From Candidatus Multivoradales bacterium (GTDB taxonomy: Bacteria; Acidobacteriota; Thermoanaerobaculia; Multivoradales; JAHEKO01), in contig CBDCXM010000009.1 in NCBI GenBank assembly GCA_965223855.1, positions 3,136,001 through 3,200,000 on the forward strand: a stretch of 64,000 nucleotides of DNA, read 5' to 3'. The notes below the pieces were generated by a model. That model had not been told where the DNA came from, ran no database searches, and worked only from the letters and a program-made list of their open reading frames with translations. Made by a program: the position numbers and the translations under genes. Shown here one piece after another: positions 19,267 through 29,203 of the stretch (the first letter of the stretch is position 1; each line of letters begins with the position of its first letter).

Positions 19267-22146
19267 TCACGGCAGGATCGGCGCACTCGCACCGAAGCCG
19301 GGACCGTAGATCATCGCGTTGAGCAGCAATCGCGCGGTGCCGTGGGTCGAGGCGCGGAAGGTCGGCGAGTTGGCAAAGAGGATCACCTGTCCGCTGCCCC
19401 TGCTCTCCCGCGTCACTGCGGCCGAGTTGGCGATTCTGCCCGCCGCTTCGGGCCACAGGAGGCCGCTCATGCGCAGCCGCAGGTCTTTGCCGGCCGGCAG
19501 CGCCGACCAACCAACCCGACGGGCTTCGGAAGCGTCGCCGTCCTCCCAGATCCCGAATCTCACCGGCGCCTCGACGCCGGACGACGCCATCAGCACAGAG
19601 GAGCTGTTGACCAGCACACCGAGCTCACGGCCGGTGCCGAAGGTCAACCAGTGCTCGTCGTCGGTGCGCGCCGCGAGGAACGCCCCCTGCGGCATGAACT
19701 CACGCTCCCAGGCGTCGTTGCGCTCCAGCACCTCGCTCGACGCCCGGCTGAGGTCACCGAGCCGGGTCCACGGGGCGTCGCCGCCCTCTTCCAGCGTGTG
19801 CGACCAGACGCGCGAACCGTCCGGAGCGCTCGAAGTCTCTGCCATCGCCTCGCGCAACACGGCCTGTTCGTAGCTGTCGAGATCGCCCAGCACATCGCGC
19901 AGCCGGCGCGCCGAGGAGAGCCCGCCCTCCTCCACCGCGAGAGCGGCGGCGGAGTTGGCGATCGCGATCAACGTCCCCCCGGCTTCGATCCACGTCCCGA
20001 GCGCACTTCGCGAACCGTCGTCGAGGCTCCCCCAGAAGCGCGCGGGAACGACGATCACGTTGTAGCGCCGCAGGTCGGCGAAGTTGAGGACCGAGGCGTC
20101 GAGATGCGCGTGACGGATCGCCAGCTGGTGGTCCAGCGTGTGCCAGATCGAACCGAAGTCGTAGAAGTTGTGACCGCTGCGGCTCAGCAGCGCGATGCGC
20201 GGCGGCTCGAGACGCTCGAAGTGCCCTCCTCCGAGGTCGGGGAGATCGCCGTCGCCGAGACCGGTCGTCAGGCTTGCGACCGGCAGCTCGAGATGAGCCG
20301 CCGTCGCCTCCACCACAGCGGCCAGCTCGCCCTCATAGCCACGGTTGTCCCACGGCTGGACGATCACCGAACCGCGGGCGAGCGACACGTCGCCGAGTTC
20401 GACTGCTCGCGAGGCCACCCGCACCTGGACCCCCTGCTCGAGCAATCGAGCGGCGAAGGCGACCGAGGCGTCGTCGGCCCCATCGACGCCCCAGGCGATC
20501 GCGTCGCGATCGACGGCCGGCAGATCGATCGTCGCCCCCGGCTGCCAGCGCGCAGCCGAGGCCGGAACGGCGCCGTCGAAGGTCACCGCTTCGAGACCAT
20601 GCAGCATCGCGGCGTTCCAGGCGGTGACGTCGTAGATCGTCGAGCCCTCACCGCGCAGGATCGAGCGCCGCTCGCGGCCGGTGTAGTCGTCCGGCATGCG
20701 CGCGTCGAACTCCATCATCGTGGCGACCAGATGCGCCTCCGGCTGCCGGTTCGGAATCAGGATCGTCCCCGCCGGCAGCTCGCGACGACCACGGCGGCCG
20801 AAGGTGTCGACAGCGGTGCCGACCGACATCGGCGCCGAGAGCTCGTGCATCTCGATCGCCTGGAGCTCCATCAGCTCGACGAAGCGCCGGTGACGCGAGC
20901 GGTTCTCGCTCGGCAGGACGGCGAACACCCGTCGCGCGTAGGGGCCGTCGGCCGCCACTGCCCGCCGCCGGTCGCCGACGTAATCGGCGAGGATCGCCTG
21001 GCGGTTCACCGCCAGCGAAGTCAGGTTGGCGATCGAGCTGACCGCCTGGTGGTGGACCGCCTCGCGGTAGCTGACGACGTCTCCGCCGGGATAGCGCACC
21101 CCGTCTTCGGCGTAGCTCGCCTGCTCGTAGAGGATGCCGATCGCACCGCGAAACGCCCCCCAGGCGTCGGTGTAGCCCGGGTACCACCCTTCGTTCCACT
21201 CACCGGTGTAGTAGACCCAGTTCCAGCGGTCGAACGCCTGCGACTGGTCACGGGCGAAGCGCGCGTTCCAGCCACTCGCCCCCGGCGGCATGTGCGGGTT
21301 GCGGGGCTCGCGTGCCGGCGAGAAGAGGTAGGTATCGAGCGAGCCCATCTCGTGGGCGTCGACCATCAGTTGCGGGTGCCACGAACCCGCGGCGGCGATC
21401 CTCCCCCTCGACTCCGGATTGACGCCGAGAGTCCAGTCGCGATTCAGGTCGAAGTTGTAGTGATTGGTCCGCCCCCACGGCCAGTAGCCCGCATGGACCA
21501 GCGACTGCTCGTCGACACTCGGAGCGCGTCCACGATGCTCGGCGATCTGCTGCAGGAAACGCCGACGACCGTCGGGGTTCTGCATCGGATCGACCAGCAC
21601 GACGACGTTGTCGAGGATCTGCCGGACCTCCTCCGAGGTCCCGGCGATCAGGTGATGCAGCACCGCCAGCGAGGCGTCGGTCCCCGAGGTCTCGTCGCCG
21701 TGGATCGAATAGGCCATCCACGCCACGGCAGGATGGCTCTCGGTCAGAGTGTCCGCATCGGCAGCAGCGATCGACCGCGGATCGGCGAGGCGCGCCGCAT
21801 CGGCCTGGATCGAGTCGAGTCGCGCCAGGTTCTCCTCCGAGCTCACCACCATGTAGTAGAGGGCCCTCCCTTCGTGGCTGCGCGCGTACTCGACCAGCTT
21901 CGTCCGCGGGCTCGCCTCCCACGCCTCGAGGCAGCGCTCGATCTCCGCCGGGAACGCGGCACGGTCGCCGGGCCGGAAGCCGAGAATCTCTTCGGGAGTC
22001 GGCACCGAAGCGTCGTAGCTGGTGCCGGGGAAGAACTCGACGTCGTAGGCGAGCGCCGGCAGCTCGTGGGGCTGCGGTTGCGGGTGACCGGGAGCCGGCC
22101 AGCCGGCAACCGCTGCCAGAAGGATGACGAGGGACGTTCGCTTCAT
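19267..22146 (-). CDS. Secreted M14 zinc carboxypeptidase family protein
   Basis: Signal peptide, SIHGDE, NPDG, DLNRD, DAHEMG and a C-terminal glutamine-amidotransferase-like region. Confidence 0.9.
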   Translation of the reverse strand: MKRTSLVILLAAVAGWPAPGHPQPQPHELPALAYDVEFFPGTSYDASVPTPEEILGFRPGDRAAFPAEIERCLEAWEASPRTKLVEYARSHEGRALYYMVVSSEENLARLDSIQADAARLADPRSIAAADADTLTESHPAVAWMAYSIHGDETSGTDASLAVLHHLIAGTSEEVRQILDNVVVLVDPMQNPDGRRRFLQQIAEHRGRAPSVDEQSLVHAGYWPWGRTNHYNFDLNRDWTLGVNPESRGRIAAAGSWHPQLMVDAHEMGSLDTYLFSPAREPRNPHMPPGASGWNARFARDQSQAFDRWNWVYYTGEWNEGWYPGYTDAWGAFRGAIGILYEQASYAEDGVRYPGGDVVSYREAVHHQAVSSIANLTSLAVNRQAILADYVGDRRRAVAADGPYARRVFAVLPSENRSRHRRFVELMELQAIEMHELSAPMSVGTAVDTFGRRGRRELPAGTILIPNRQPEAHLVATMMEFDARMPDDYTGRERRSILRGEGSTIYDVTAWNAAMLHGLEAVTFDGAVPASAARWQPGATIDLPAVDRDAIAWGVDGADDASVAFAARLLEQGVQVRVASRAVELGDVSLARGSVIVQPWDNRGYEGELAAVVEATAAHLELPVASLTTGLGDGDLPDLGGGHFERLEPPRIALLSRSGHNFYDFGSIWHTLDHQLAIRHAHLDASVLNFADLRRYNVIVVPARFWGSLDDGSRSALGTWIEAGGTLIAIANSAAALAVEEGGLSSARRLRDVLGDLDSYEQAVLREAMAETSSAPDGSRVWSHTLEEGGDAPWTRLGDLSRASSEVLERNDAWEREFMPQGAFLAARTDDEHWLTFGTGRELGVLVNSSSVLMASSGVEAPVRFGIWEDGDASEARRVGWSALPAGKDLRLRMSGLLWPEAAGRIANSAAVTRESRGSGQVILFANSPTFRASTHGTARLLLNAMIYGPGFGASAPILP

Positions 22147-22220
22147 CGGGGATTCTCCTCTCTCAGGACCAGCGTGATCGTACACGCTCCTCCGCCGGAG
22201 TGACGCCCTACAATGTCTCC

Positions 22221-23204
22221 ATGAAGGCCGTGTGGCTCGAGGGAGGTGCGCTCGACGTCAGGGAGGTCGACGCTCCCGAACCGCCCGAGGGCGAGGCGCT
22301 CTTGCGGGTCGTGCTCGCGGGCGTTTGCGGGACCGACCTGCAGCTCCTTCGCGGCTACTACCCGTTCGCCGGCGTTCCCGGGCACGAGTTCGTGGGGGTC
22401 GTCGAGGACGGACCCCAGGGGTGGATCGACGACTGGCTCGGCCGGCGGGTCGTCGGCGAGATCAACACCGGCTGCCGTCAGTGCAACCGTTGCCAGCGGG
22501 GAAATCAGGGCCACTGTGATTCCCGGACCGTCCTCGGCCTCGTCGGCAGGAACGGAGCGTTCGCCGACTTCCTGACCCTGCCGATCGACAACCTGCACCC
22601 GGTGCCCGACGACGTCCCCGACGAGGCCGCCGTCCTCGTCGAGCCGCTCGCCGCAGCGCTCCGGGTCACCGAGCAGGTCGCCCTCGAAGGGAGGAGAGTG
22701 CTGGTCGTCGGTCCGGGCCGGTTGGGATACCTTATGGCACTCGTCGCCAGGGAAGTCGGGGTGGACCTCGCCGTGCTCGGTCGCTCCGCGGGTTCGCTCG
22801 GGCGGATCGCCGCCGAGGGCATCGAGGCGGCCGACGACGTCGAGAACTGGCCCGAGGGGAGCTTCGACGTCGCTATCGACTGTACCGGGTCTCCCGACGG
22901 CCTCGCGCTCGCCAGACACGCCGTGGCGCCCACCGGTGCCATCGTCCTCAAGAGCACTTACGCCGCGAGCTCGGGAGCCCCCGACCTCGACCTCTCCCCG
23001 CTCGTCGTCGACGAGGTTCGCCTCGTCGGTTCGCGCTGCGGTCCATTCGGCATGGCGCTCGACTGGCTCGAACAGCGCCGGATTCGACCGCAGGATCTGA
23101 TCGACGCCCGCTACCCGCTGGAGGAGGCTGCCGTCGCTTTCGAAGCCGCCCGGCAACCCGGGACCCTCAAGGTCCTACTCGCACCGGGCGATCGTCCCGC
23201 CTAG
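22221..23204 (+). CDS. Zinc-dependent alcohol dehydrogenase (MDR family)
   Basis: GVCGTD, GHEFVG, CxxCxxC...C, GPGRLG. Confidence 0.92.
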   Translation: MKAVWLEGGALDVREVDAPEPPEGEALLRVVLAGVCGTDLQLLRGYYPFAGVPGHEFVGVVEDGPQGWIDDWLGRRVVGEINTGCRQCNRCQRGNQGHCDSRTVLGLVGRNGAFADFLTLPIDNLHPVPDDVPDEAAVLVEPLAAALRVTEQVALEGRRVLVVGPGRLGYLMALVAREVGVDLAVLGRSAGSLGRIAAEGIEAADDVENWPEGSFDVAIDCTGSPDGLALARHAVAPTGAIVLKSTYAASSGAPDLDLSPLVVDEVRLVGSRCGPFGMALDWLEQRRIRPQDLIDARYPLEEAAVAFEAARQPGTLKVLLAPGDRPA

Positions 23205-23851
23205 CGCGACACCCCGAACGCCTCGCCCGGCTTCGCCAGCAGCGCCTCGAACTCGGCGAAGAACCGTCCCACGTGGAGGCCGTCGACCAGGGCGTGGTGG
23301 ACCTCGATCGATACCGGCATCGTGGCGTCCGCTCCCTCGCCTCGTCGGCCGAAAACGATCCTCGGATTGCTCTCTCCCGCCGGGGGATGGCGGGCATGCT
23401 GAAAACTCGTGAAGGCGAGCCAGGGCAGCACGGTGAGGTAGATGTACTCGTCGGCACCGGGACGGTCGGCGAGGCTGTCGCCCTGGCGCACCCTCTCGAG
23501 TTCGGCCGCACCGTCACGGGCGAAACTCTCGAAGTCCTCCTGGAAGTGGAGATACCCGAAGCCGAAGGTGCCGTCGTCCCGCGCGACCGTCGTCCCGCCG
23601 TGCACCGCGTCGAGCACCACAACCTCCTCGCCGCGAATCCGGTAGCGCAACTCCTCCACCGAGTTGGCCGCTTTCAGGCAGAGATAGAGGTTGGCCAGGA
23701 AATAGGAGTGCCCCTCGTTGACCTCGAGCCAACGCAGCAGCTCTCCGACCTCCACCGGAACGGTGACGTTCCAGTAGGGCTGCTCGTAGCGGCGGAAGAA
23801 CTCGAAGTGCTCCCGCCGCCTCCATCCTTCGAGATCGAGGCGGCGGGCCAT
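23201..23851 (-). CDS. Chloramphenicol acetyltransferase (CatA-like) family protein
   Basis: WRRREHFEFF, LPWLAFTS, catalytic HHALVDGLH. Confidence 0.88.
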   Translation of the reverse strand: MARRLDLEGWRRREHFEFFRRYEQPYWNVTVPVEVGELLRWLEVNEGHSYFLANLYLCLKAANSVEELRYRIRGEEVVVLDAVHGGTTVARDDGTFGFGYLHFQEDFESFARDGAAELERVRQGDSLADRPGADEYIYLTVLPWLAFTSFQHARHPPAGESNPRIVFGRRGEGADATMPVSIEVHHALVDGLHVGRFFAEFEALLAKPGEAFGVSR

Positions 23852-23863
23852 ACGCGTTGCGGG

Positions 23864-23898
23864 AAGAGAAAAGGCCGGCCGGCACGATGCCGGCCGGC
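23864..23898 (-). terminator. Rho-independent terminator after the TonB-dependent receptor
   Basis: 11-bp inverted repeat GCCGGCCGGCA/TGCCGGCCGGC (23874-23898) followed on the minus strand by CTTTTCTCTT. Confidence 0.7.
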
Positions 23899-23912
23899 GG
23901 GAGAGTTACCGG

Positions 23913-26897
23913 CTACCAGACGAGTCGGGCGCCGATTTGAATCTGACGGGGGTCGCCGAGACCACTCTGCACCGTGCCGTCGAAGTTGAAGACGAGGTTG
24001 GTGGTCTGCGGCGCGAGCTGGTTGCGCTCGTTGAAGAGGTTGAAGACGTCGATGATCCCCTCCAGCTCGTAGCCGCCGACGTCGAAGCGCTTCGACAGGC
24101 GGATGTCGAGAGAGGAGAACTCGTTGTCCTTGCGACCGAGGTTGCGTTGCGTCACCGAACCGTCGGGATTGATGCGGTCCTGCGGCGTCTGCGCCACCGA
24201 GCCGTCCGCGGTCAGAGACAGCGGCTGCGGCGAGCGGTAGGTGTAGCGGAAGTTCGCGTCGATGCCGTACGGCGCCTGCCACAGCAGCCAGGCGTTGAAA
24301 CGATCCTTCTGATCGCGATCGGAGAGACCGAACTCGGCGTCGAGATCGGTGATCTTGGCGTAGCGGAACGAGAACGGATCGCGCTCGTTGTCGTCGTCCG
24401 AGCGGTCCTCCGAGCGGGTGTAGTACGCCTGGTACTGGACGCTGCCGCCCCGCTTGGTGATGCCGAGCGTGTGCCCCTCGTACTCGCTGCGCGCCGTCGA
24501 TTCGACGACGGTGAGGACGTTGATGCCGTTGAACCCGCCCGGCTCCAGACCGCTTCCCCACGGCGACCCGAGCAGCGGGTCGTTGCGGTTGGCGAATCGG
24601 GTCAGCTTGTCGGTGTCGGCGCGGTTGTACTTGTAGAGCAGCGACATGTCGTCACGGACCTGACGCTCGACGGAGAGCGAGTAGGCGTCCGTCTCCGGGA
24701 TCTCGAAGTTGCGGTCGAAGACGAAGACGTCCGGCAGGAACGGGTCGCCAACGGTCGCCGGGTCGATGAGCTCCGTGTACGGCGGCGGCGGGCCTAGAAC
24801 GTCCCGCAGCTCGCTGTTGCGGAAGAGGGTCTGCCCGCGGCTGCCGTTCGTCGAACGCGACGAGGCGAGTACCAGCCCGGGTACCCGGGCGCCGTAGCGT
24901 CCCGCCGTCACCCGGACCACCGTCTTGCCGTCGCTCTTCGGATCCCACGACAGGCCGAAGCGCGGCTGCAACACGTCGTCGTCGGGGATCGTGCCGTCGC
25001 TGGGGAAGGTCTGCGGCCCGGCGTCCGTGACCACCGTCTGGCCGATGAAGGGCGCGTAGAAGACTTCGTTCACCGGCGTGATCGGATCGGGGTTCTGCAG
25101 CTGCTCCCAACGCAGTCCGAGCTGCACGGTGACGTTCGAGCGCGGCCGCCAGTTGTCCTGGACGAAGAATGCCGGCTCGGTCTGGGTGATGGTCTGCGTC
25201 CCCGACTCCTCCACCGACAGCCCGCCGACTCCGGCCTGCTGCAGATAGAGCAGCACCGGGCCGGTGATGTCGGTGCCGTCCGGGCACGAGCCGGTCGGCG
25301 ACGACGAGCCGTCCGAGCACTCGACGTAGTCGGGATTGTCGAGGTAGTTGAGGAAGCCGTCGGTGGAGCTGAAGATGAAGCGGCCGTTGGCGAACCCGAT
25401 GAAGGTCTGGAACGCCGCCGTCTGATTCCACTCGACCCCGGCCTTGAAGCTGTGCGCGCCGCGCTGCCAGGAGAGGTTGTTGTTCACCTGCCAGCGGGTG
25501 TCGTTGTACTGCACCGGAATGAAGAACGGCATGCCGAAGCGGTAGGCGTTGCCGAAGTCGAACGCGGTGTCGGGGAACGGCCGGCTGGTGCCGGCGATCA
25601 TCGGCCCCTCGTAGGGGCGCGGCCGGTCCTCGCGCGCCCACTGGAAGCGCGCCTCGTTGAGCACCGAGGCGCCGAGCGTCGAGACCAGCGAGCCGCTGAT
25701 CGAATAGGAGCTGTCCTTCTCCACCGCGTTGGCGCTGCGCCCCCAGGAGTCGACGTCGAAGGTGCCGTTGACCTGCTCGGAGTCGGTGTAGGTGCTGCGC
25801 AACGTGAAGAGCTGGCTGTCGCCGAACTGCTGATCGATCTTGGCGAGCAGCACGTTGGCGTCGTCGGTGCGGGTGATCGGCAGGTTCTCCCCCGGGCTGC
25901 CGAGCTCGGCGAAGGTGTCGACCACGCGCTGCTCGATGCGGTTGGGATCGTTCTGCTTCGTGCGATCCGCCGACTGGACGTCGGCTGCGAGGAAGAAGAA
26001 CGTCTTGTCCTCACGAATCGGACCACCCAGCGTGAAGCCGGCCTGGATCGACTCGCTGTCGTCCTTCGGCGCCGTCGTGCCGTCGGCCCGCTCGGCGGCG
26101 GTGGACAGGGAGTCGTTGCGCAGGAACAGGTGCGCCGAACCCTTGTAGTCGTTGGTTCCCGACTTCGTCACCACCTGCACGAAGCCTCCGGACGAGCGAC
26201 CGAACTCAGCCGGCGCGCCGTCGGGAATGACGACGAACTCCTGAATCGCGTCGATGTTGAAGGTGAACGCGGGGCGCTGCCCGCCGCGCTGCTCGCCGAA
26301 GAAAGGGTTGTTGAAGTCGGCGCCGTCGACGGAGACGTTGTTCTGGATCCCCTTCTGGCCGTTGATCGACAACTCCTCTCCGTCGGGCCCCTGAACGATC
26401 GCGACACCGGGAGTCAGGCGGCTCAGATCGAGGAAGTCGCGACCGTTGTTGGCCAGCCCCTCGATGGTGTCCTGATCGATCAGCGTCGAGCTCTCGATGC
26501 GGCTGGTCTCGATCAGCGGCACGGCGTCGGTGACGATGATCTCGTCACCGACCGTCGAGACCTGCAGGCTGAGATTGAGGTCGAGCGTGCGGCCGACCGA
26601 CAGCTGCAGACCCTCGGCCCGGGCGGTGGCAAAGCCGTCGAGCGCCGCAGTCACCACGTAGGGGCCGATCGGCAGCAGGAGGCCGCGGAAGCGACCCCGA
26701 TCGTCGGTCACGAGTTCCTGGCTGAAGTTCGTCGCCTGGTTGGTCAGGGTCACCGTGACGCCGGGCAGCACCGCCCCGCTCTCGTCGCTGACCGAACCCT
26801 CGATCACGCCGGTGGTCGCCTGCGACTGGGCCACCGCGAGACCGGTCGATGCCAGGCACAGAAGCACCCAGCCGGTGAAGATCCGTTTCGCCACCAT
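23913..26897 (-). CDS. TonB-dependent outer membrane receptor (Oar-like, N-terminal carboxypeptidase-regulatory-like domain)
   Basis: DESGAVLPGVTV, VDGADFN, PAEFGRSSGG and a terminal PRQIQIGARLVW beta strand; AGGAGG ribosome-binding site. Confidence 0.92.
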   Translation of the reverse strand: MVAKRIFTGWVLLCLASTGLAVAQSQATTGVIEGSVSDESGAVLPGVTVTLTNQATNFSQELVTDDRGRFRGLLLPIGPYVVTAALDGFATARAEGLQLSVGRTLDLNLSLQVSTVGDEIIVTDAVPLIETSRIESSTLIDQDTIEGLANNGRDFLDLSRLTPGVAIVQGPDGEELSINGQKGIQNNVSVDGADFNNPFFGEQRGGQRPAFTFNIDAIQEFVVIPDGAPAEFGRSSGGFVQVVTKSGTNDYKGSAHLFLRNDSLSTAAERADGTTAPKDDSESIQAGFTLGGPIREDKTFFFLAADVQSADRTKQNDPNRIEQRVVDTFAELGSPGENLPITRTDDANVLLAKIDQQFGDSQLFTLRSTYTDSEQVNGTFDVDSWGRSANAVEKDSSYSISGSLVSTLGASVLNEARFQWAREDRPRPYEGPMIAGTSRPFPDTAFDFGNAYRFGMPFFIPVQYNDTRWQVNNNLSWQRGAHSFKAGVEWNQTAAFQTFIGFANGRFIFSSTDGFLNYLDNPDYVECSDGSSSPTGSCPDGTDITGPVLLYLQQAGVGGLSVEESGTQTITQTEPAFFVQDNWRPRSNVTVQLGLRWEQLQNPDPITPVNEVFYAPFIGQTVVTDAGPQTFPSDGTIPDDDVLQPRFGLSWDPKSDGKTVVRVTAGRYGARVPGLVLASSRSTNGSRGQTLFRNSELRDVLGPPPPYTELIDPATVGDPFLPDVFVFDRNFEIPETDAYSLSVERQVRDDMSLLYKYNRADTDKLTRFANRNDPLLGSPWGSGLEPGGFNGINVLTVVESTARSEYEGHTLGITKRGGSVQYQAYYTRSEDRSDDDNERDPFSFRYAKITDLDAEFGLSDRDQKDRFNAWLLWQAPYGIDANFRYTYRSPQPLSLTADGSVAQTPQDRINPDGSVTQRNLGRKDNEFSSLDIRLSKRFDVGGYELEGIIDVFNLFNERNQLAPQTTNLVFNFDGTVQSGLGDPRQIQIGARLVW

Positions 26898-27044
26898 TCC
26901 TACCTCCTGTTGTGGTTGCGAGGCCTCGCGACCCCTACATGTTGCGGTCAAACTACCACACGGTGACGAGGATGCGGCGAATCTGTGACACCGCTCGCCT
27001 CCTACCCCTCGAGCTAGCCGACTTTGTCGGGAGGGCGGCCTGTC

Positions 27045-27797
27045 TCAGCCGGCCAGCAGGCCGCAACCGATCGCCACCAGCCAGCTGGCCAGCGAGCCGA
27101 GCAGGAAGTACTCGGTGACGTGATCGACCTGGCCGGGGTCCGCCCCCTCGTCGAGACGCACGACGCGGGAAAGCTCCGGGAAGCGCAGCACACTCTTGGC
27201 CGAGACGACCAGCGCCGCGGCGGTCGGTTCCCCCTGCAGCATGAGGCCGAGGATGAGCCACCGCTCGAGGACGCCGATCATCCGCCCGCCGCGGAGCCGC
27301 TTCTCGGAGCGGCGCGTCCTCGTGCCGGCGGCCGCGAGCACGGTGCGGACGACGGCATTCCCGGTCGAGGCGCAGAACAGCATCATCGCCGTCACCAGGG
27401 CGAGCCGCTCGAAGCTCGCACCCGCGAGCATCGGGAACGGCGACTGCTGTGCCCACTGGTCGAGCTCCGGCCGTACCTGCGGGAAGCCGCCCGCCAGGCC
27501 GACGGCGGCGACCACGACTAGCGCGAGCCCGCCCAGGGCCCACCAGGAACCCGCCACGGTCGAGGCGCCCGAGGCGCGCGGCAGCAGCCAGACCACCATG
27601 CCGACGACCAGCACGACGGCGAGGGTGAGCGGGCCCTCGGCGGTCGCCGTACACGCGATCGCCAGCCCGACCGGCAACACCACGGACACGAGGGCCGCCA
27701 CGAGGGTGCGCCCGCTGCGGACCGGAGTGCCTCCGAGACCGCCCGCCAGCGCATCGGCGAGCCCGAGGCCGAACAGGGTCAGCGCGACCGCGATCAA
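27045..27797 (-). CDS. Membrane protein (SatE/DUF3307-like) coupled to SatD
   Basis: GGRMIGVLERWL, AKSVLRFPEL, TEYFLLGSLAS; TTG start overlaps the satD stop. Confidence 0.7.
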   Translation of the reverse strand: MIAVALTLFGLGLADALAGGLGGTPVRSGRTLVAALVSVVLPVGLAIACTATAEGPLTLAVVLVVGMVVWLLPRASGASTVAGSWWALGGLALVVVAAVGLAGGFPQVRPELDQWAQQSPFPMLAGASFERLALVTAMMLFCASTGNAVVRTVLAAAGTRTRRSEKRLRGGRMIGVLERWLILGLMLQGEPTAAALVVSAKSVLRFPELSRVVRLDEGADPGQVDHVTEYFLLGSLASWLVAIGCGLLAG

Positions 27798-28444
27798 GAG
27801 GCCATCCCGCGAAGCTCGAGATGAGCCCGATAGACGGCGCTGGCACCGTTCTCCATCTGCCTCCGGGCGACAGAGGGCTGGCGGATGCCGAGCTCCTGCG
27901 CCACGTCGACCTGCCGCTCGCCGAGCAGCAGGCCGAGGGTGACTCTCAGATCTCGCACGTCCATGCGGCCGAGCAGAGAGTCGCGACAGAGAAGGAAAGC
28001 GTTGACCGCCCCTTCGAGCGGCTCGCCGAGGCCTGCCACCAGGGTTCGCACCGTCCGCGGCCACTGCCGTCGAGTCTCGAGCGCAGCGACGCGCTCGATC
28101 GCCTCGCGCGCCGCCCACCAGGCAGAGCCGCTCTGCCCCATCGGCGCCCGCTGAGGATCGTAGGCGGTGATCTCGCCCCAGCCGACGCCGAACCTGACGT
28201 CGTGGCGGCCGGCGAGCCGGAGGCGCACATGAAGCGCGGCGTCGAGCGCGGCGGCGACGGTAGCGTAGCTACCCTGAAACTCGTCGCCGACCGTCTGGCT
28301 GAGCGGTTGGAGGCCGCTGACCTGATCGTTGGCCGAGTCGAGCGCCTCCCTCACCTCTCGCAGCAACTCGACCTGGTCAGGGTGTCGGCGCGAGACGACG
28401 ACGTCGCCGATCAGGGCCGCCTGAAGCTGGTCCGGAGCGGGCAT
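27794..28444 (-). CDS. SatD family protein (cyclase-like N-domain plus C-terminal HTH)
   Basis: ALIGDVVVSR, TVGDEFQG, RFGVGWG, SGSAWWAAREA; HTH RQVDVAQELGIRQPSVARR. Confidence 0.85.
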   Translation of the reverse strand: MPAPDQLQAALIGDVVVSRRHPDQVELLREVREALDSANDQVSGLQPLSQTVGDEFQGSYATVAAALDAALHVRLRLAGRHDVRFGVGWGEITAYDPQRAPMGQSGSAWWAAREAIERVAALETRRQWPRTVRTLVAGLGEPLEGAVNAFLLCRDSLLGRMDVRDLRVTLGLLLGERQVDVAQELGIRQPSVARRQMENGASAVYRAHLELRGMAS

Positions 28445-28452
28445 GATCAAAT

Positions 28453-28498
28453 TATAGCCTCAAGGGCGATATTTTGTCGATATAGCCTCAAAAGCGAT
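28453..28498 (-). promoter_or_regulatory. Tandem imperfect-palindrome operator upstream of satD
   Basis: TATAGCCTCAAGGGCGAT (28453-28470) and TATAGCCTCAAAAGCGAT (28481-28498), 28-bp period, AT-rich context. Confidence 0.7.
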
Positions 28499-28501
28499 TT
28501 C

Positions 28502-29077
28502 TCAGGAGTCCCGACGCTCGCTCGATCTCAGCCTCTCCACCCAGGCAACCAGAGCGGCGAGGAATCGCTCCAGGTGCTCCGCCGTCCCGCTGTCGATCAG
28601 CTTGCCCTCGTCGTCGAACACCGAGCCGGCACCGCGAATCAGGAGCTGCGGCTGCGGCATCACCAGCGCGTTGAGCGCCGTCAGTGACTGACGCAACTGG
28701 TACTGCGCGGCGCGGGTGCCGAACGCTCCCGGCGTCGCGCCGGCCACCCCTACCGGCTTGCCGTCGAACGGGTGCGGCCGCGGCGGTCGGCTCAGCCAGT
28801 CGATGGCGTTCTTCAGCACTCCCGGCACACCGTGGTTGTACTCCGGGGTCGCGATCAGCACTCCGTCGGCCCGCTCGATCTCGGCCCGCAAGGCCGCCAC
28901 GCCCTCGGGAATCCCCTCCGCCTCTACGTCCTGGTCGAAGAGCGGCACACCTTCGAGACCGACGACACCGAGTTCGACGGCAGCGTCGACTCCTCCGATC
29001 CTCGCCCGAGCCTCCTCGAGCAAGGCCCGATGAATCGACTGCCTCCGCAGACTGCCTACCATCCCGACGATCTTCAT
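28502..29077 (-). CDS. NADPH-dependent FMN reductase (ChrR/YieF-like)
   Basis: GSLRRQS, TPEYNHGVPGVLKNAIDWLSR. Confidence 0.92.
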   Translation of the reverse strand: MKIVGMVGSLRRQSIHRALLEEARARIGGVDAAVELGVVGLEGVPLFDQDVEAEGIPEGVAALRAEIERADGVLIATPEYNHGVPGVLKNAIDWLSRPPRPHPFDGKPVGVAGATPGAFGTRAAQYQLRQSLTALNALVMPQPQLLIRGAGSVFDDEGKLIDSGTAEHLERFLAALVAWVERLRSSERRDS

Positions 29078-29203
29078 CGCTACCTGTCCTCCTTCAACAG
29101 GCCCCTTCGACAGGGTGCCTGCAGCATGCTCTTTCGACCTGGCGATCGTTCCCGATCGACCGCTACGATGCCACAACCCACTCGCACCACCCCGGGAGAT
29201 CTC

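Noticed and set aside
18922-22203. 1093-aa plus-strand ORF, and many similar Arg/Pro-rich ORFs
   Set aside because: These are antisense or alternate-frame shadows of real genes, expected at high GC.
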